The notes: generated by a model not told the origin, from the letters alone. A DNA stretch of 64,000 nt from Candidatus Saganbacteria bacterium (GCA_026387835.1 JAPLKZ010000013.1:9369-73368); one strand, 5' to 3'. Numbered from the stretch's first letter, positions 47,206 through 57,103 are shown. Numbers and translations: made by a program.

Positions 47206-49977
47206 CTATTTTGATTTATATGCTCTGCTGGACTTTTCTTTCAACACCGCCTGTGCAGCCGCGAGTCTCGCGATAGGCACCCTGAAAGGAGAACAACTTA
47301 CATAGTTAAGCCCGATATTATGGCAGAATTCAACAGATGCGGGATCTCCGCCGTGCTCTCCGCAGATGCCGATCTTCAGGTCCGCCCTTGCGGACCTGCC
47401 TTTTAAAACGCCCATCTTGACGAGCTCTCCTACGCCGCTCTGATCGAGAGTTACGAACGGGTCAACATTTATGATCTTCTTCTCGATATACTCCGGAAGG
47501 AACGAGCCGATGTCGTCCCTGCTGAAACCGAAGCTCATCTGCGTAAGGTCATTGGTCCCGAAAGAGAAGAAATGGGCCGATTTTGCGATCTTATCCGCCA
47601 CAAGAGCGGCTCTCGGGATCTCTATCATCGTTCCGACAGTATAAGGGATATTCACTTTGTATTTAGCTTTTACCTCTTCATAGATCCTCTTTATCACAAC
47701 GATCTGGTCATCGATCTCTCTTACCATGGCTACGACCGGCACCATAATTTCCGGATGCGCCTTTTTCCCCGTCTTAATAAGTTCCGCCGCGGATTCGAAT
47801 ATCGCCCTGGCTTCGATCTCCGTTATTTCCGGGTAGGTGATGCCGAGCCTGACCCCGCGGTGGCCCATCATCGGATTGCTTTCTCTGAGCACGCTTGCCC
47901 GTTTTTCAAGCTCTTCCATGCTGATGTTCAGTGCTTTTGCAAGTTCTTCGAGCTTTGCTGCTTCATGCGGGACGAATTCGTGGAGCGGCGGGTCGATCAG
48001 CCTGATCGTCACGGGCAGGCCGTTCATCGCCTCAAGAGTCGCCTTGATATCCGACTTCATGTAAGGATAAAGCTCTTTCAGGGCTTCCTTTCTTTCGCTC
48101 TCCGTCTTTGAAAGGATCATCTTTCTCAGGATGAAAAGCGGCTTTTCGGTCCCTTCACCGTAGAACATATGTTCTATCCTGAAAAGCCCGATGCCCTCGG
48201 CCCCGAACTGTCTTGCTTTTTTTGCGTCAGCAGGAGTATCGGCGTTGGTCCTTACTTTCAATCTTCTGATCCCGTCGCACAAGACAAGGAATGAATCCAA
48301 AAGACTGGATTCTTCGGTCGCATCTATCATCGGCAGTTTGCCGGCATATACATTTCCCTTGGTGCCGTTAAGAGTGATCCAGTCGCCTTCTTTCAGGGTC
48401 ATTCCGCTGACCGAGATCGTTTTTTTCTGATGATCGATATCCAAAGCGCTGCAGCCGACGATACAGCATTTTCCCCAGCCTCTTGCTACCAATGCGGCGT
48501 GAGAGGTCATCCCGCCTCTTGCAGTCAGGATCGCTTCTGCCGCTCTCATTCCTTCGACGTCCTCGGGATTGGTCTCTTCTCTGACCAGGATCACCTTGCT
48601 GCCTTTCTTCGCCCATTCGACGGCATCGTTCGCGCTGAAGACGATCACTCCTGCCGCGCCGCCGGGGCCCGCGGGCAGTCCTTTTGCGACAGGTTTGTTC
48701 GTCTTTTCGGCGGCAGGATCCACTATAGGATGCAGAAGCTCGTCAAGCTGGGCCGGGGTCACCCTTAAAACAGCCTCTTCCTTTGTTATAAGTTTTTCTT
48801 TTACCATATCGACGGCCATCTTCACTGCCGCGGGGCCGTTCCTTTTTCCGATTCGGCATTGCAGCATGAAAAGGGTCCCTTTTTCTATGGTGAACTCAAT
48901 ATCCTGCATATCCCTATAATGTTTTTCAAGCCTTTTCTGGATATCAAACAGTTCTTTGTAGATCCCGGGCATCGCTTTTTCGAGCGTTAAAAGATCTTTG
49001 TTATGTTCGCTCTGGCTCACTGTGTTGATAGGGGCGGGGGTCCTGGTCCCCGCGACTACATCCTCTCCCTGCGCGTTGATAAGATATTCTCCGTAGAAGT
49101 GCGCGTCTCCGTTGCCGGGGTTCCTTGTAAATGCGACGCCTGTCGCGCAGTCGCTGCCCATGTTGCCGAAAACCATTGTCTGGACACTGACGGCCGTTCC
49201 CCATTCATCGGGGATATTCTCGATCTTCCTGTAGGAGATCGCTCTTTTACCGTTCCATGAAGAAAATACCGCTCCTACGCCTCCCCAGAGCTGTTCCATG
49301 TGGTCGTCAGGAAATTCTTTTCCGAGAACCTCCTTGACTTTTTTCTTGAAAGATTCGCAGAGCTTTTTCAGGTCTTCCGCGGTCAAATCGGTATCGCTCT
49401 TGTAGCCGTTCTGGTTTTTGACCTTCCCCATCATGTGGTCCAGCTGTTTCCTGATACCCATATCGTCTTTAGGCTCGATGCCCGCCGCCTTTTCCATCAC
49501 TACATCGCTATACATCATTATCAGCCTTCTGTAAGCGTCGTAAACGAACCTTTCGTTCCCGCCGGTCTGTTTGATAAGTCCCGGTATCGTCTTTGAAGTA
49601 AGCCCGACGTTAAGGACCGTCTCCATCATCCCCGGCATCGAACTCCTCGCGCCGGAGCGGACGGATACGAGCAGCGGATTTTGCGGATCACCGAATTTCT
49701 TTCCCATTATCTTTTCGATCTTTTCGACCGCGGTCTTTACCTGCGCTTCCAGTTTTTTAGGATATTTTTTGCGGTTCTCGTAATAATACGTGCAGACATC
49801 GGTCGTTATCGTGAAACCGGGAGGGACAGGAAGTTTAAGTTTAGGATGCCCCGCCATTTCGGCGAGGTTCGCTCCTTTTCCTCCCAGGAGGTTCTTCATC
49901 TTTTCATGGCCGTCAGCACGCCCTCCTCCGAAGAAGTAAACGAACTTTTTGGACCCGGACTTTTTTTTAGCAGCCAT
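47206..49977 (-). CDS. ppdK: Pyruvate, phosphate dikinase
   Basis: 923 aa with all three domains: N-terminal ATP-grasp, central swivel with the phospho-His (TARGGMTSHAALVARG), and a C-terminal PEP/pyruvate TIM barrel. Confidence 0.9.
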   Translation of the reverse strand: MAAKKKSGSKKFVYFFGGGRADGHEKMKNLLGGKGANLAEMAGHPKLKLPVPPGFTITTDVCTYYYENRKKYPKKLEAQVKTAVEKIEKIMGKKFGDPQNPLLVSVRSGARSSMPGMMETVLNVGLTSKTIPGLIKQTGGNERFVYDAYRRLIMMYSDVVMEKAAGIEPKDDMGIRKQLDHMMGKVKNQNGYKSDTDLTAEDLKKLCESFKKKVKEVLGKEFPDDHMEQLWGGVGAVFSSWNGKRAISYRKIENIPDEWGTAVSVQTMVFGNMGSDCATGVAFTRNPGNGDAHFYGEYLINAQGEDVVAGTRTPAPINTVSQSEHNKDLLTLEKAMPGIYKELFDIQKRLEKHYRDMQDIEFTIEKGTLFMLQCRIGKRNGPAAVKMAVDMVKEKLITKEEAVLRVTPAQLDELLHPIVDPAAEKTNKPVAKGLPAGPGGAAGVIVFSANDAVEWAKKGSKVILVREETNPEDVEGMRAAEAILTARGGMTSHAALVARGWGKCCIVGCSALDIDHQKKTISVSGMTLKEGDWITLNGTKGNVYAGKLPMIDATEESSLLDSFLVLCDGIRRLKVRTNADTPADAKKARQFGAEGIGLFRIEHMFYGEGTEKPLFILRKMILSKTESERKEALKELYPYMKSDIKATLEAMNGLPVTIRLIDPPLHEFVPHEAAKLEELAKALNISMEELEKRASVLRESNPMMGHRGVRLGITYPEITEIEARAIFESAAELIKTGKKAHPEIMVPVVAMVREIDDQIVVIKRIYEEVKAKYKVNIPYTVGTMIEIPRAALVADKIAKSAHFFSFGTNDLTQMSFGFSRDDIGSFLPEYIEKKIINVDPFVTLDQSGVGELVKMGVLKGRSARADLKIGICGEHGGDPASVEFCHNIGLNYVSCSPFRVPIARLAAAQAVLKEKSSRAYKSK

Positions 49978-50114
49978 TGTTTTTCCTTTCCTGTTTTTCC
50001 CGCAAAAAAACGCGCAAAGTATCCTTGACCGTTTAAATAGGGGTTTGTTTATGTGCAGTTATTGACTGCGCTTACATTATTATAGCACAAAATTTTCACG
50101 GGGCTTGACAGAAC

Positions 50115-50187
50115 TGGACCTGAGGGGGATCGAACCCCTTACCTCTTGCATGCCATACAAGCGCTCTACCAATTGAGCTACAGGCCC
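50115..50187 (-). tRNA. tRNA-Ala (GGC)
   Basis: A cloverleaf folds by hand with the G3:U70 identity pair, anticodon loop ATGGCAT and T-loop TTCGATC. 73 nt, no encoded CCA. Confidence 0.85.
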
Positions 50188-50276
50188 ATGTAACTGATAA
50201 CTTATTATTTAACCGGAGATAAGTATTATTAGGAACAAGAATATTTTAACATATTATAGAAAAGTTAGAAGTTTTA

Positions 50277-50534
50277 CTAAATGGAGGCGGATAAAAAAGC
50301 GGCTTGTTTTTCCAGGCCAGACACTAGAGTGAAACTAACGATGTCTCCTTCTTTGGTTGTGACCTTAATTTTCAGCTGCTTATTTTCCGGGTCATTTAAT
50401 TCATCCTCCAACCTTTGTAAACTGACCGCCTCGCCGTTCATTTCAAGCCGTTTGATATTGGATATAGAAGCTTTCTGTGAGGCCGCGAAGATGGCTGTCG
50501 GATCGATATTATTTAGGCCTGTAATAGGTATCAT
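50277..50534 (-). CDS. Hypothetical 85-aa protein
   Basis: Good SD (AAGGTGA) 8 nt upstream; ATGA overlap with an upstream 50-aa ORF; no family recognised. Confidence 0.35.
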   Translation of the reverse strand: MIPITGLNNIDPTAIFAASQKASISNIKRLEMNGEAVSLQRLEDELNDPENKQLKIKVTTKEGDIVSFTLVSGLEKQAAFLSASI

Positions 50535-50683
50535 TTTATCAGGTTCACCTTTTTTAAATTAACCCTGTATTTCTCATCGACTTTTCCCTGAGAAATATCC
50601 TGTATCAGGAAAAACACTTTCCTGATGTCTTCTTTTTTTTGGTCTTCCCTGATCTCGAAAGTACCGAGATTTCTTCTGAACAT
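50531..50683 (-). CDS. Hypothetical 50-aa ORF (MFRRNLGTFEIREDQKKEDIRKVFFLIQDISQGKVDEKYRVNLKKVNLIK)
   Basis: Found by manual translation; GGAG RBS 8 nt upstream; below the size cut-off of the ORF track. Confidence 0.2.
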   Translation of the reverse strand: MFRRNLGTFEIREDQKKEDIRKVFFLIQDISQGKVDEKYRVNLKKVNLIK

Positions 50684-50771
50684 ATTTCACTCCTTTGCCG
50701 CTATTTACTTGCAGCAAAGGTCTCTATACCATTTATCGTTTATTAGGAGCACAGACTTGCATGTGATACGA

Positions 50772-51167
50772 TCACACGTGGTAGATTATCCCGCTTTTGC
50801 CCCAGAGGTCTTCGAGTTTGTATCTTGAGCGCTCTTCCGTCCCCATGACATGCGCGATGACGCTGATCATGTCGAGTATCATCCAGTTCGAATCCGGCCG
50901 GCCCTGCCAGCGCGGAACCCTGACAGAGTTCTTTTCCAGGACTTCATCTATGCCGCCGGCGATTGCGCCTGTCTGGGCTTTTGAAGAAGAGGAGCAGATG
51001 ACAAAATAATTGCAGACGGATGAACTTTTCCTTACATCTATTATCTCGATATCCTCAGCTTTTTTGTCAACAGCGCCTTTTGCGATGAGTTGCGCGAGCT
51101 TTTGAGAGGTGATCTCTTTGGGCCTGTCCGTTCTTTTAGTTGGCTGCCGTCTCTTTCGGGATCTCAT
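50772..51167 (-). CDS. rsfS: Ribosome silencing factor RsfS (Iojap family)
   Basis: …AEDIEIIDVRKSSSVCNYFVICSSSS…IAHVM… matches RsfS. The N-terminal basic extension and real start are uncertain because the ORF overlaps the LCP gene. Confidence 0.8.
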   Translation of the reverse strand: MRSRKRRQPTKRTDRPKEITSQKLAQLIAKGAVDKKAEDIEIIDVRKSSSVCNYFVICSSSSKAQTGAIAGGIDEVLEKNSVRVPRWQGRPDSNWMILDMISVIAHVMGTEERSRYKLEDLWGKSGIIYHV

Positions 51168-52113
51168 TTACCCTCCTTCCTCTAAGGTATTGGTCGACTA
51201 TAGGGATCACCTTGTCCATTTCAGGCTGCAGGTAATAGATCCCATCGATCCTTGTGGATGTGCCGGGAATAGAGACCACCGCGATATTTCCTATCTCGTA
51301 GGACTGCCTTACCATGGACGCAAGTCCCAGGATCTGCGATGTGGATAAATTGGTCTCGACGCACCCCAGCATATCCATCAGCAGCTGGTAGACCTGCACG
51401 ATATTCTTTGTGCCGGCCATTTCGGTTACAACTTCCTGAAGGAATTTTTGCTGGCGCTTTATGCGCCCAAAATCACCTTTTGCGTCATGCCGGAAGCGCA
51501 GGTAGCCTATCGCCTGTTTCCCGTTCAATCTCTGTACTCCGGGCTTGAGGTCTATAAAAAGTCCTCCGGCGTAATCGACATAGTACATCCTCTGGTCCAC
51601 ATCGACCATCACTCCGCCGAGCCTGTCGATTATATTTGCAAGGCCGTCTACTTTTATCTTGATATAGTAGTTGATGGGTACGTTCAGAAAACTTGATGTT
51701 GTCGCGCAGGCCAGTTCGGGGCCTCCGAAGGCGTACGCGTGATTTATTTTATCTATCCTGATCCCCGGGATGACGACGAGAGTATCTCTGGGGATCGATA
51801 CGATGCTTACTGTCTTGCTTTCGGGATCGATATGCATGACCATGATCGTGTCGGACCTGTTGACGCCTTCGGTGGCATCAATGCCAAGAAGCAGGATGTT
51901 CATCTCGGGGAACTGTACATTTGAAGGGGACAAAGTAAAAAGCATCTCGAATACCGATATCCGGCTGAGGATAAATGAGGCTGTAAACCCCAGAAAAGCG
52001 GAAAGAACTACAAGGATGACAGTGAAGAATATCAGAAGTTTTGTCCAAGCTTTTCCCGAAGAATTTAAGCCGGAACGGGCCGCAATCTCCGGAAAAAGTT
52101 GTTTATCTGACAT
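51136..52113 (-). CDS. LytR-CpsA-Psr (LCP) family protein
   Basis: N-terminal TM plus an LCP domain (LLLGIDATEGVNRSDTIMVMHID…RDTLV…GYLRFRHD). Confidence 0.8.
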   Translation of the reverse strand: MSDKQLFPEIAARSGLNSSGKAWTKLLIFFTVILVVLSAFLGFTASFILSRISVFEMLFTLSPSNVQFPEMNILLLGIDATEGVNRSDTIMVMHIDPESKTVSIVSIPRDTLVVIPGIRIDKINHAYAFGGPELACATTSSFLNVPINYYIKIKVDGLANIIDRLGGVMVDVDQRMYYVDYAGGLFIDLKPGVQRLNGKQAIGYLRFRHDAKGDFGRIKRQQKFLQEVVTEMAGTKNIVQVYQLLMDMLGCVETNLSTSQILGLASMVRQSYEIGNIAVVSIPGTSTRIDGIYYLQPEMDKVIPIVDQYLRGRRVNEIPKETAAN

Positions 52114-52683
52114 TTATTTTAAGTAATAATTCCTTGTAATGACTGTCCGGCAATAGACGGGCAAATTGTTTTTCAAAAGATATTGTATCATCTCTCCTGC
52201 CACAAGCGCAATCGCTTTTTCCATGTTCTTTTTCGCGGCCCCCCTTATTTTTTTTACATGGTGTTGTTTTCTGCCGGGTTCGATATGGTCCGCCAGATAA
52301 ATGATCTTTTCAAGCTTTGTCATGTTTTCTTTTCCGGCGGTGTGATGGCCGATCGCGGAAAGGACCTCCCTGTCTTTTATCCCAAAATGCTTTCTGGCGA
52401 TGACCGCGCTCACTTTGTCATGTAAAAGCTTCGGGTTCTGCAGGACGAAGCTGTCCAGTCTCAGTTTTTCTTTTTTTGCGGTTTTCAGCAGTTCACCGGG
52501 AGAAAGGGATTTTGCGCAATCATGGAGCAGTCCCGCTATCGTGGCTTTTTTTATGTCCGCGCCGTGGATCCTGGCCAGGCGGACAGCCGTTTTTGAAACT
52601 GACAAGCTGTGATCGAAGCGCTCGGCATCCAGAAGACAGCGCAGTTTTTCTTTTAATGATTTTTCTTCAGCCATGCTTTTCAA
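52114..52683 (-). CDS. yqeK: Bis(5'-nucleosyl)-tetraphosphatase, HD-domain YqeK family
   Basis: HD motif IAGLLHDCAK…ADHIE. Confidence 0.8.
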   Translation of the reverse strand: MKSMAEEKSLKEKLRCLLDAERFDHSLSVSKTAVRLARIHGADIKKATIAGLLHDCAKSLSPGELLKTAKKEKLRLDSFVLQNPKLLHDKVSAVIARKHFGIKDREVLSAIGHHTAGKENMTKLEKIIYLADHIEPGRKQHHVKKIRGAAKKNMEKAIALVAGEMIQYLLKNNLPVYCRTVITRNYYLK

Positions 52684-52703
52684 TATAAATATTATACCTC
52701 AAG

Positions 52704-52732
52704 TTGACGTGGATTTACCGAGATCCTATAAT
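52704..52732 (+). promoter_or_regulatory. Sigma70 promoter TTGACG-17 nt-TATAAT, 6 nt from the ATG (leaderless-type)
   Basis: Near-consensus hexamers with an exact 17-nt spacer; no SD before the ATG at 52739. Confidence 0.6.
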
Positions 52733-52738
52733 TGAAAC

Positions 52739-53482
52739 ATGAAAAATATAACGGCGGTGATCCTTGCCGCCGGCAAAGGCACAAGGATGAAGTCCGACAT
52801 GCCCAAAGTGCTGCACAAGCTTTGCGGAAAACCCCTGTTGAGCTATGTGCTTGGATCAGTCAAAAAACTCGGGATAGCAGCGCCTTACGTAATAGTGGGC
52901 TACCAGGCCGGCAAAGTTAAAGCGTTGTACAAAGGCCGCAGCCTCCGTTTTGTCCTGCAGAAAAAGCAGCTGGGCACGGGGCACGCGCTGATGCAGACAA
53001 AGCCTTTTTTTGCCGGAAAAAATGTGACGATACTTGTGCTGAACGGGGATATGCCCCTTATCAATGCCGATGTGCTCACAAAGCTGATCAGGCATCACCG
53101 TAAAAAAAACGCTTCCGCGACGGTTTTAACCGCCCTGATCGACGATCCATCGGGATACGGGCGAGTGATCAGGGACAAGCGCCTTGACATCGAGAAGATC
53201 GTGGAGCAGAAAGACGCGGTCCCCGGGGAGCTTGAGGTGAAAGAAATAAACACCGGGACATACTGTTTTGAAAGCGGGGAAATATTCTCTTCTCTGGACG
53301 AGATCAGGCCCGAGAACAGCCAGCACGAATACTACCTCACGGACATAATACAGATACTGAAAAAACACCGTAAAAAAATCTCGGCCTGCTGCATGGATGA
53401 CCCGTCACTTGCGATAGGCGTGAACACAAAAGAGCACCTTGAAGCCGCGGAAAAGATCATAAAAAGAAAAAGGACCGTTTGA
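52739..53482 (+). CDS. GlmU-like sugar-nucleotide pyrophosphorylase (N-terminal uridyltransferase domain only)
   Basis: AVILAAGKGTRMKSDMPKVLHKLCGKPLL…QLGTGHAL; 247 aa, with no left-handed beta-helix acetyltransferase domain. Confidence 0.7.
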   Translation: MKNITAVILAAGKGTRMKSDMPKVLHKLCGKPLLSYVLGSVKKLGIAAPYVIVGYQAGKVKALYKGRSLRFVLQKKQLGTGHALMQTKPFFAGKNVTILVLNGDMPLINADVLTKLIRHHRKKNASATVLTALIDDPSGYGRVIRDKRLDIEKIVEQKDAVPGELEVKEINTGTYCFESGEIFSSLDEIRPENSQHEYYLTDIIQILKKHRKKISACCMDDPSLAIGVNTKEHLEAAEKIIKRKRTV

Positions 53483-53559
53483 TATAAAAGGGCATTATGC
53501 GGTCCGCGTGGTATAATTGATGGATAAAAATCGGGTGTCCGCTAAGATCACGGAGATCA

Positions 53560-54867
53560 TTGATGAATAAAATTCTTATCTTTTCAAAAGACCCGTCAGT
53601 CTGCCCCGGCATCGAAAATATGCTTAGCGGCAGTTACAACGTGCACAGCGTTTCAGACCTGAACGAAGCTCTCGAGCACATGAGGAACAAGCATTCCGAC
53701 ATCATAGTGATCGACGGCGACTGCGAGGGGATAAACGGCCTTGAAGCCTTTAAGACCATAAAAAGCGTGGTGCCGCACCTGAAGGCAGTGATGATCTCAA
53801 AGAAAGGCAATATCAACGAAGCTGTGGCAGCCGCAAAAAAGGGAGTACTCGAACTCATACCCAAACCGCTAAGCAAGGAATCGCTGGAGGGATCGATCGA
53901 AAAGATAATTTCAAGGTCGCAGTATCCCGGAAGGATGGTCATTCCTGATGACACGGTCCCATGGCTTGAAGGGACAAGCGCTGTTGTACAGGAGATGTTC
54001 GTTAAGATCGAGGAGGCGGCTTTAAGCGAGCAGGATGTGATGCTTATCGGCACTATAGGCGCTTCAAAAAAAATGGTCGGCCGCCTGATCCATGACAATT
54101 CCCCTAACAGGAAAAAGAAATTTATTGAACTGAACCTGACGGCTTTTGAAAAGGAGTCTTCAGAATCCATGTTCTGGACGGCCGTGAACGAGCTTCTTGC
54201 CGATCATTCATCTGATACAAGGTCCGAGAAAGAGGCCAGCGGCACTATATTCCTGGACGGGTTCGACCTCCTGCCGGTGCATTTTGAGCAGAGCATCCTG
54301 GAATTCCTGAAGAACAGGAGCGCTGCCAAGATCGACAAGTCTATCAAGATAATTCTTGGTACGGCCGGCGACATTGCCGTCAGTATGGAAGGCAAGGGAA
54401 AGTTGATCGAAGATTTTATAAAGATCCGCATCCCTGAAATAGAGGAAAGAAAAGAAGATATCCCTGCGATGCTCAAAGCATATACCGATAAATTTTGCGC
54501 AAGACATGACAAGAACATCAAGGGTTTTTCATCCGACGCGCTTCAACTCATGATGGACTACAGCTGGCCGGGGAACTGCGACGAGCTGAGTTCCGTGGCC
54601 GAAGCGGCCGTGCTGAGAGCCAAGGGCGATTACATAGATATTTCCGACCTGCCGGTGGACTCTTCAATGATACTGGGCGCGTCGCTTAAAAAGGCCATGG
54701 TCAAAGGGGATTGGGACCTTTCATCCTCAAAAGATATATTCCATAAAAGATTGATAAATACAGTGCTAAAGAGCAGCGGGAACGACACTGATGCCGCCTC
54801 AAGGATCCTGGACGTTCCGAAAACTACCATCCTGGACAGCGTCAAAAAGCTCGGGATACGTATCTAG
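53560..54867 (+). CDS. Degenerate NtrC-like enhancer-binding-protein homolog (REC-like, pseudo-AAA+, HTH), predicted ATPase-dead
   Basis: Walker A is degraded to GTIGASKK; Walker B FLDGF has the catalytic Glu replaced by Gly; no GAFTGA. The WPGNCDEL box and C-terminal HTH are retained. Confidence 0.6.
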   Translation: MMNKILIFSKDPSVCPGIENMLSGSYNVHSVSDLNEALEHMRNKHSDIIVIDGDCEGINGLEAFKTIKSVVPHLKAVMISKKGNINEAVAAAKKGVLELIPKPLSKESLEGSIEKIISRSQYPGRMVIPDDTVPWLEGTSAVVQEMFVKIEEAALSEQDVMLIGTIGASKKMVGRLIHDNSPNRKKKFIELNLTAFEKESSESMFWTAVNELLADHSSDTRSEKEASGTIFLDGFDLLPVHFEQSILEFLKNRSAAKIDKSIKIILGTAGDIAVSMEGKGKLIEDFIKIRIPEIEERKEDIPAMLKAYTDKFCARHDKNIKGFSSDALQLMMDYSWPGNCDELSSVAEAAVLRAKGDYIDISDLPVDSSMILGASLKKAMVKGDWDLSSSKDIFHKRLINTVLKSSGNDTDAASRILDVPKTTILDSVKKLGIRI

Positions 54868-56219
54868 ACCAGATCTTTCACCTCATCGACAAGGCGTCTT
54901 GTGCTTTCAATATCTTTTCCTTCGGCGATCACGCGCACGACCGGCTCGGTATTCGAGGCCCTGACGTGTATCCAGCCGTCCGGCAGGTCTATCCTTATTC
55001 CGTCTGACATATCCATCTTGCATCCTTTGAATTTTTCCCTGACCTTTTCAAGCAATGCTTTTGTGAGGCCGCTGTCGTCAAGAGCGATCTTTTCCTTGAT
55101 CATATAATACGCCGGTATCTCTTTGATAATAGAAGACAGTTTTTTGCCTCTGGCGGCAAGGCAGTTCAGTATCAGGCCCATCCCCGTGATGCTGTCGCGG
55201 CCGTAACCGACCTTGGGATATATTATCCCGCCGTTGCCTTCACCACCGGCAGATGCGTTCGTCTGCTTCATCTTTTCGGAGACATTGACTTCGCCGACCT
55301 TTGTCCTTTCGAGCGTTGCCCCGTATCTTTTTGCGGCATCTTCCGTCATCCTGCTTGTCGAAAGATTCGTCACGACGGTCTTTTTCTTGCCGTTCTTTTC
55401 CCTTGAAAGGATGAAATCGACAGCAAGCACGAGGGAATACTCTTCTCCAATGGCTTTTCCTTCGTCAGAAACGATCGAGAGCCGGTCCGCGTCGGGATCC
55501 TGCGCGAAACCGATATCAGCACCGAATTTTTTTACCATGTCGCACAGCGCTTTGAGATTACCCGGAACGGGCTCGAGGCCTCTTAAAGGATCTTTACCCG
55601 GCTGCGTGTTTATCGCGATGATCTCGCAGCCGAGTTTATTTAGAAGCTTTTTTGTAATGACCGATCCGGCGCCGTTGCAGCAGTCGATCGCGACCTTGAA
55701 GTTTTTATTCTTGATCAGCTCGACATCGATGCATTTGAGCACAAGCCCGACGTGGCGGTCAAGAGCGCCGACATCTTTATGAAAACAACTGGCCGCGAGA
55801 TCTCCGGAGCTTACACGCGGGCCTTTTTTCAGGCCTTCATAGATGCCGATAAGTCTTTTTGCCTGCTCTTCGTTCAAAAAGATCCCGTCATCCCTTACGA
55901 ATTTGAGGCCGTTCCATTCAAGCGGATTGTGGCTCGCGGTTATTATCATCGCGCCACCGGCTTTCTTGTCCCTGACAGTCACCTGCACGGTGGGTGTCGG
56001 CGCGATGCCGATATCGATGACCTCTATCCCGTTCCTGCAGAGCTCATTTATCACGATGTCCCTGATAAAACCCTCGGAACTTCTTCCGTCGCTCCCAAGT
56101 ATCACCGTGCCGCCGCCGATATATGAAGAAAAAGCTTTCGTAAAACCAAGGATCACGTCTTCGGTCAATGATCCTCCTATGGTCCCGCGGACTCCGGATA
56201 TGCTTACTTTCAGTGTCAT
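54864..56219 (-). CDS. Phosphohexomutase (phosphoglucosamine/phosphomannomutase family)
   Basis: Contains SGVRG, the active-site TASHNP, and AQDPDADR. The start is taken at MTLKV (internal Met of the longer ORF). Confidence 0.75.
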   Translation of the reverse strand: MTLKVSISGVRGTIGGSLTEDVILGFTKAFSSYIGGGTVILGSDGRSSEGFIRDIVINELCRNGIEVIDIGIAPTPTVQVTVRDKKAGGAMIITASHNPLEWNGLKFVRDDGIFLNEEQAKRLIGIYEGLKKGPRVSSGDLAASCFHKDVGALDRHVGLVLKCIDVELIKNKNFKVAIDCCNGAGSVITKKLLNKLGCEIIAINTQPGKDPLRGLEPVPGNLKALCDMVKKFGADIGFAQDPDADRLSIVSDEGKAIGEEYSLVLAVDFILSREKNGKKKTVVTNLSTSRMTEDAAKRYGATLERTKVGEVNVSEKMKQTNASAGGEGNGGIIYPKVGYGRDSITGMGLILNCLAARGKKLSSIIKEIPAYYMIKEKIALDDSGLTKALLEKVREKFKGCKMDMSDGIRIDLPDGWIHVRASNTEPVVRVIAEGKDIESTRRLVDEVKDLV

Positions 56220-56302
56220 GAAGGAATTATAGCAAAAAACCGAGTCCGACTCCAAAAATATCCTTGCAGTTTCCGGAATAGTTTGTATAATATTAAACAT
56301 AA

Positions 56303-57103
56303 ATGGGAAAAATAGTTTACGGGATGATATCCCCGCATCCCCCGATACTCGTCCCCCAGATAGGAGGACAAAGGATAAAGGATGCGGAAAAGACGAAAAA
56401 GGCGCTGGAAGCCGCTTCGAAAAAGCTGAAGACGTTAAATCCTGACACCGTGATCATCATCACTCCTCACGGGGAAATATCACAGACCACGGTGCACGTC
56501 TATTCAAGCCATATATTTGAAGGCGACTTCGGCCAGTTCGGGGCATCGCAGGTCAAGGTTTCATGCAAGGGCGACACGGAGCTTGGCCGCCGTATCGTTA
56601 AAGAAGCGTCCGCGACAAAGATCTTTTGCGCGGAGATAGCAGAATCATATCTTGACCACGGGATAATGGTCCCGCTCCATTATATTCAATCGGCGGGATT
56701 CAAGGGGCGCCTGCTGCCCGTGGCGATATCGTTTTCCTCTCTCAAAGAGCTTTTTGAGTTCGGCAGGATAATGCAGTCGGCGGTAAAAGCTTCCGGAGAA
56801 AACGTCGCGATCGTCGCTTCCGCCGACATGTCGCACAGACTTAAGAAAGACTCTCCGAACGGTTACAGCGAAAAAGGTGCGGTGTTCGATAATAAACTTG
56901 TCGAGCTCGTAAAAAACAACGATGTAAACGGCATACTTAATTTTGACCCTGTCCTTGCGGAACAGGCCGGCCAGGACGCTCTCTGGTCGATCGCCATTTT
57001 GCTCGGTGCTCTTGACGGATTGAGGTGCAGGCATGAACTGCTTTCATACGAAGGGCCGTACGGCGTAGGTTATATGGTCGCGAAATATGAGGTAGATCAG
57101 TAA
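56303..57103 (+). CDS. Memo-like protein (AmmeMemoRadiSam system protein B family)
   Basis: MISPHPPILVP…ASADMSHRL; LigB/Memo fold signature. Confidence 0.75.
   Translation: MGKIVYGMISPHPPILVPQIGGQRIKDAEKTKKALEAASKKLKTLNPDTVIIITPHGEISQTTVHVYSSHIFEGDFGQFGASQVKVSCKGDTELGRRIVKEASATKIFCAEIAESYLDHGIMVPLHYIQSAGFKGRLLPVAISFSSLKELFEFGRIMQSAVKASGENVAIVASADMSHRLKKDSPNGYSEKGAVFDNKLVELVKNNDVNGILNFDPVLAEQAGQDALWSIAILLGALDGLRCRHELLSYEGPYGVGYMVAKYEVDQ

Noticed and set aside
47572-49783. Several plus-strand ORFs (up to 179 aa) opposite ppdK
   Set aside because: They are antisense shadows of a complete, motif-verified PPDK.
50538-50690. N-terminal extension of the 85-aa ORF into the upstream 50-aa ORF (one continuous protein)
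   Set aside because: An in-frame TAA at 50559-50561 separates them. They are two ORFs overlapping by ATGA.
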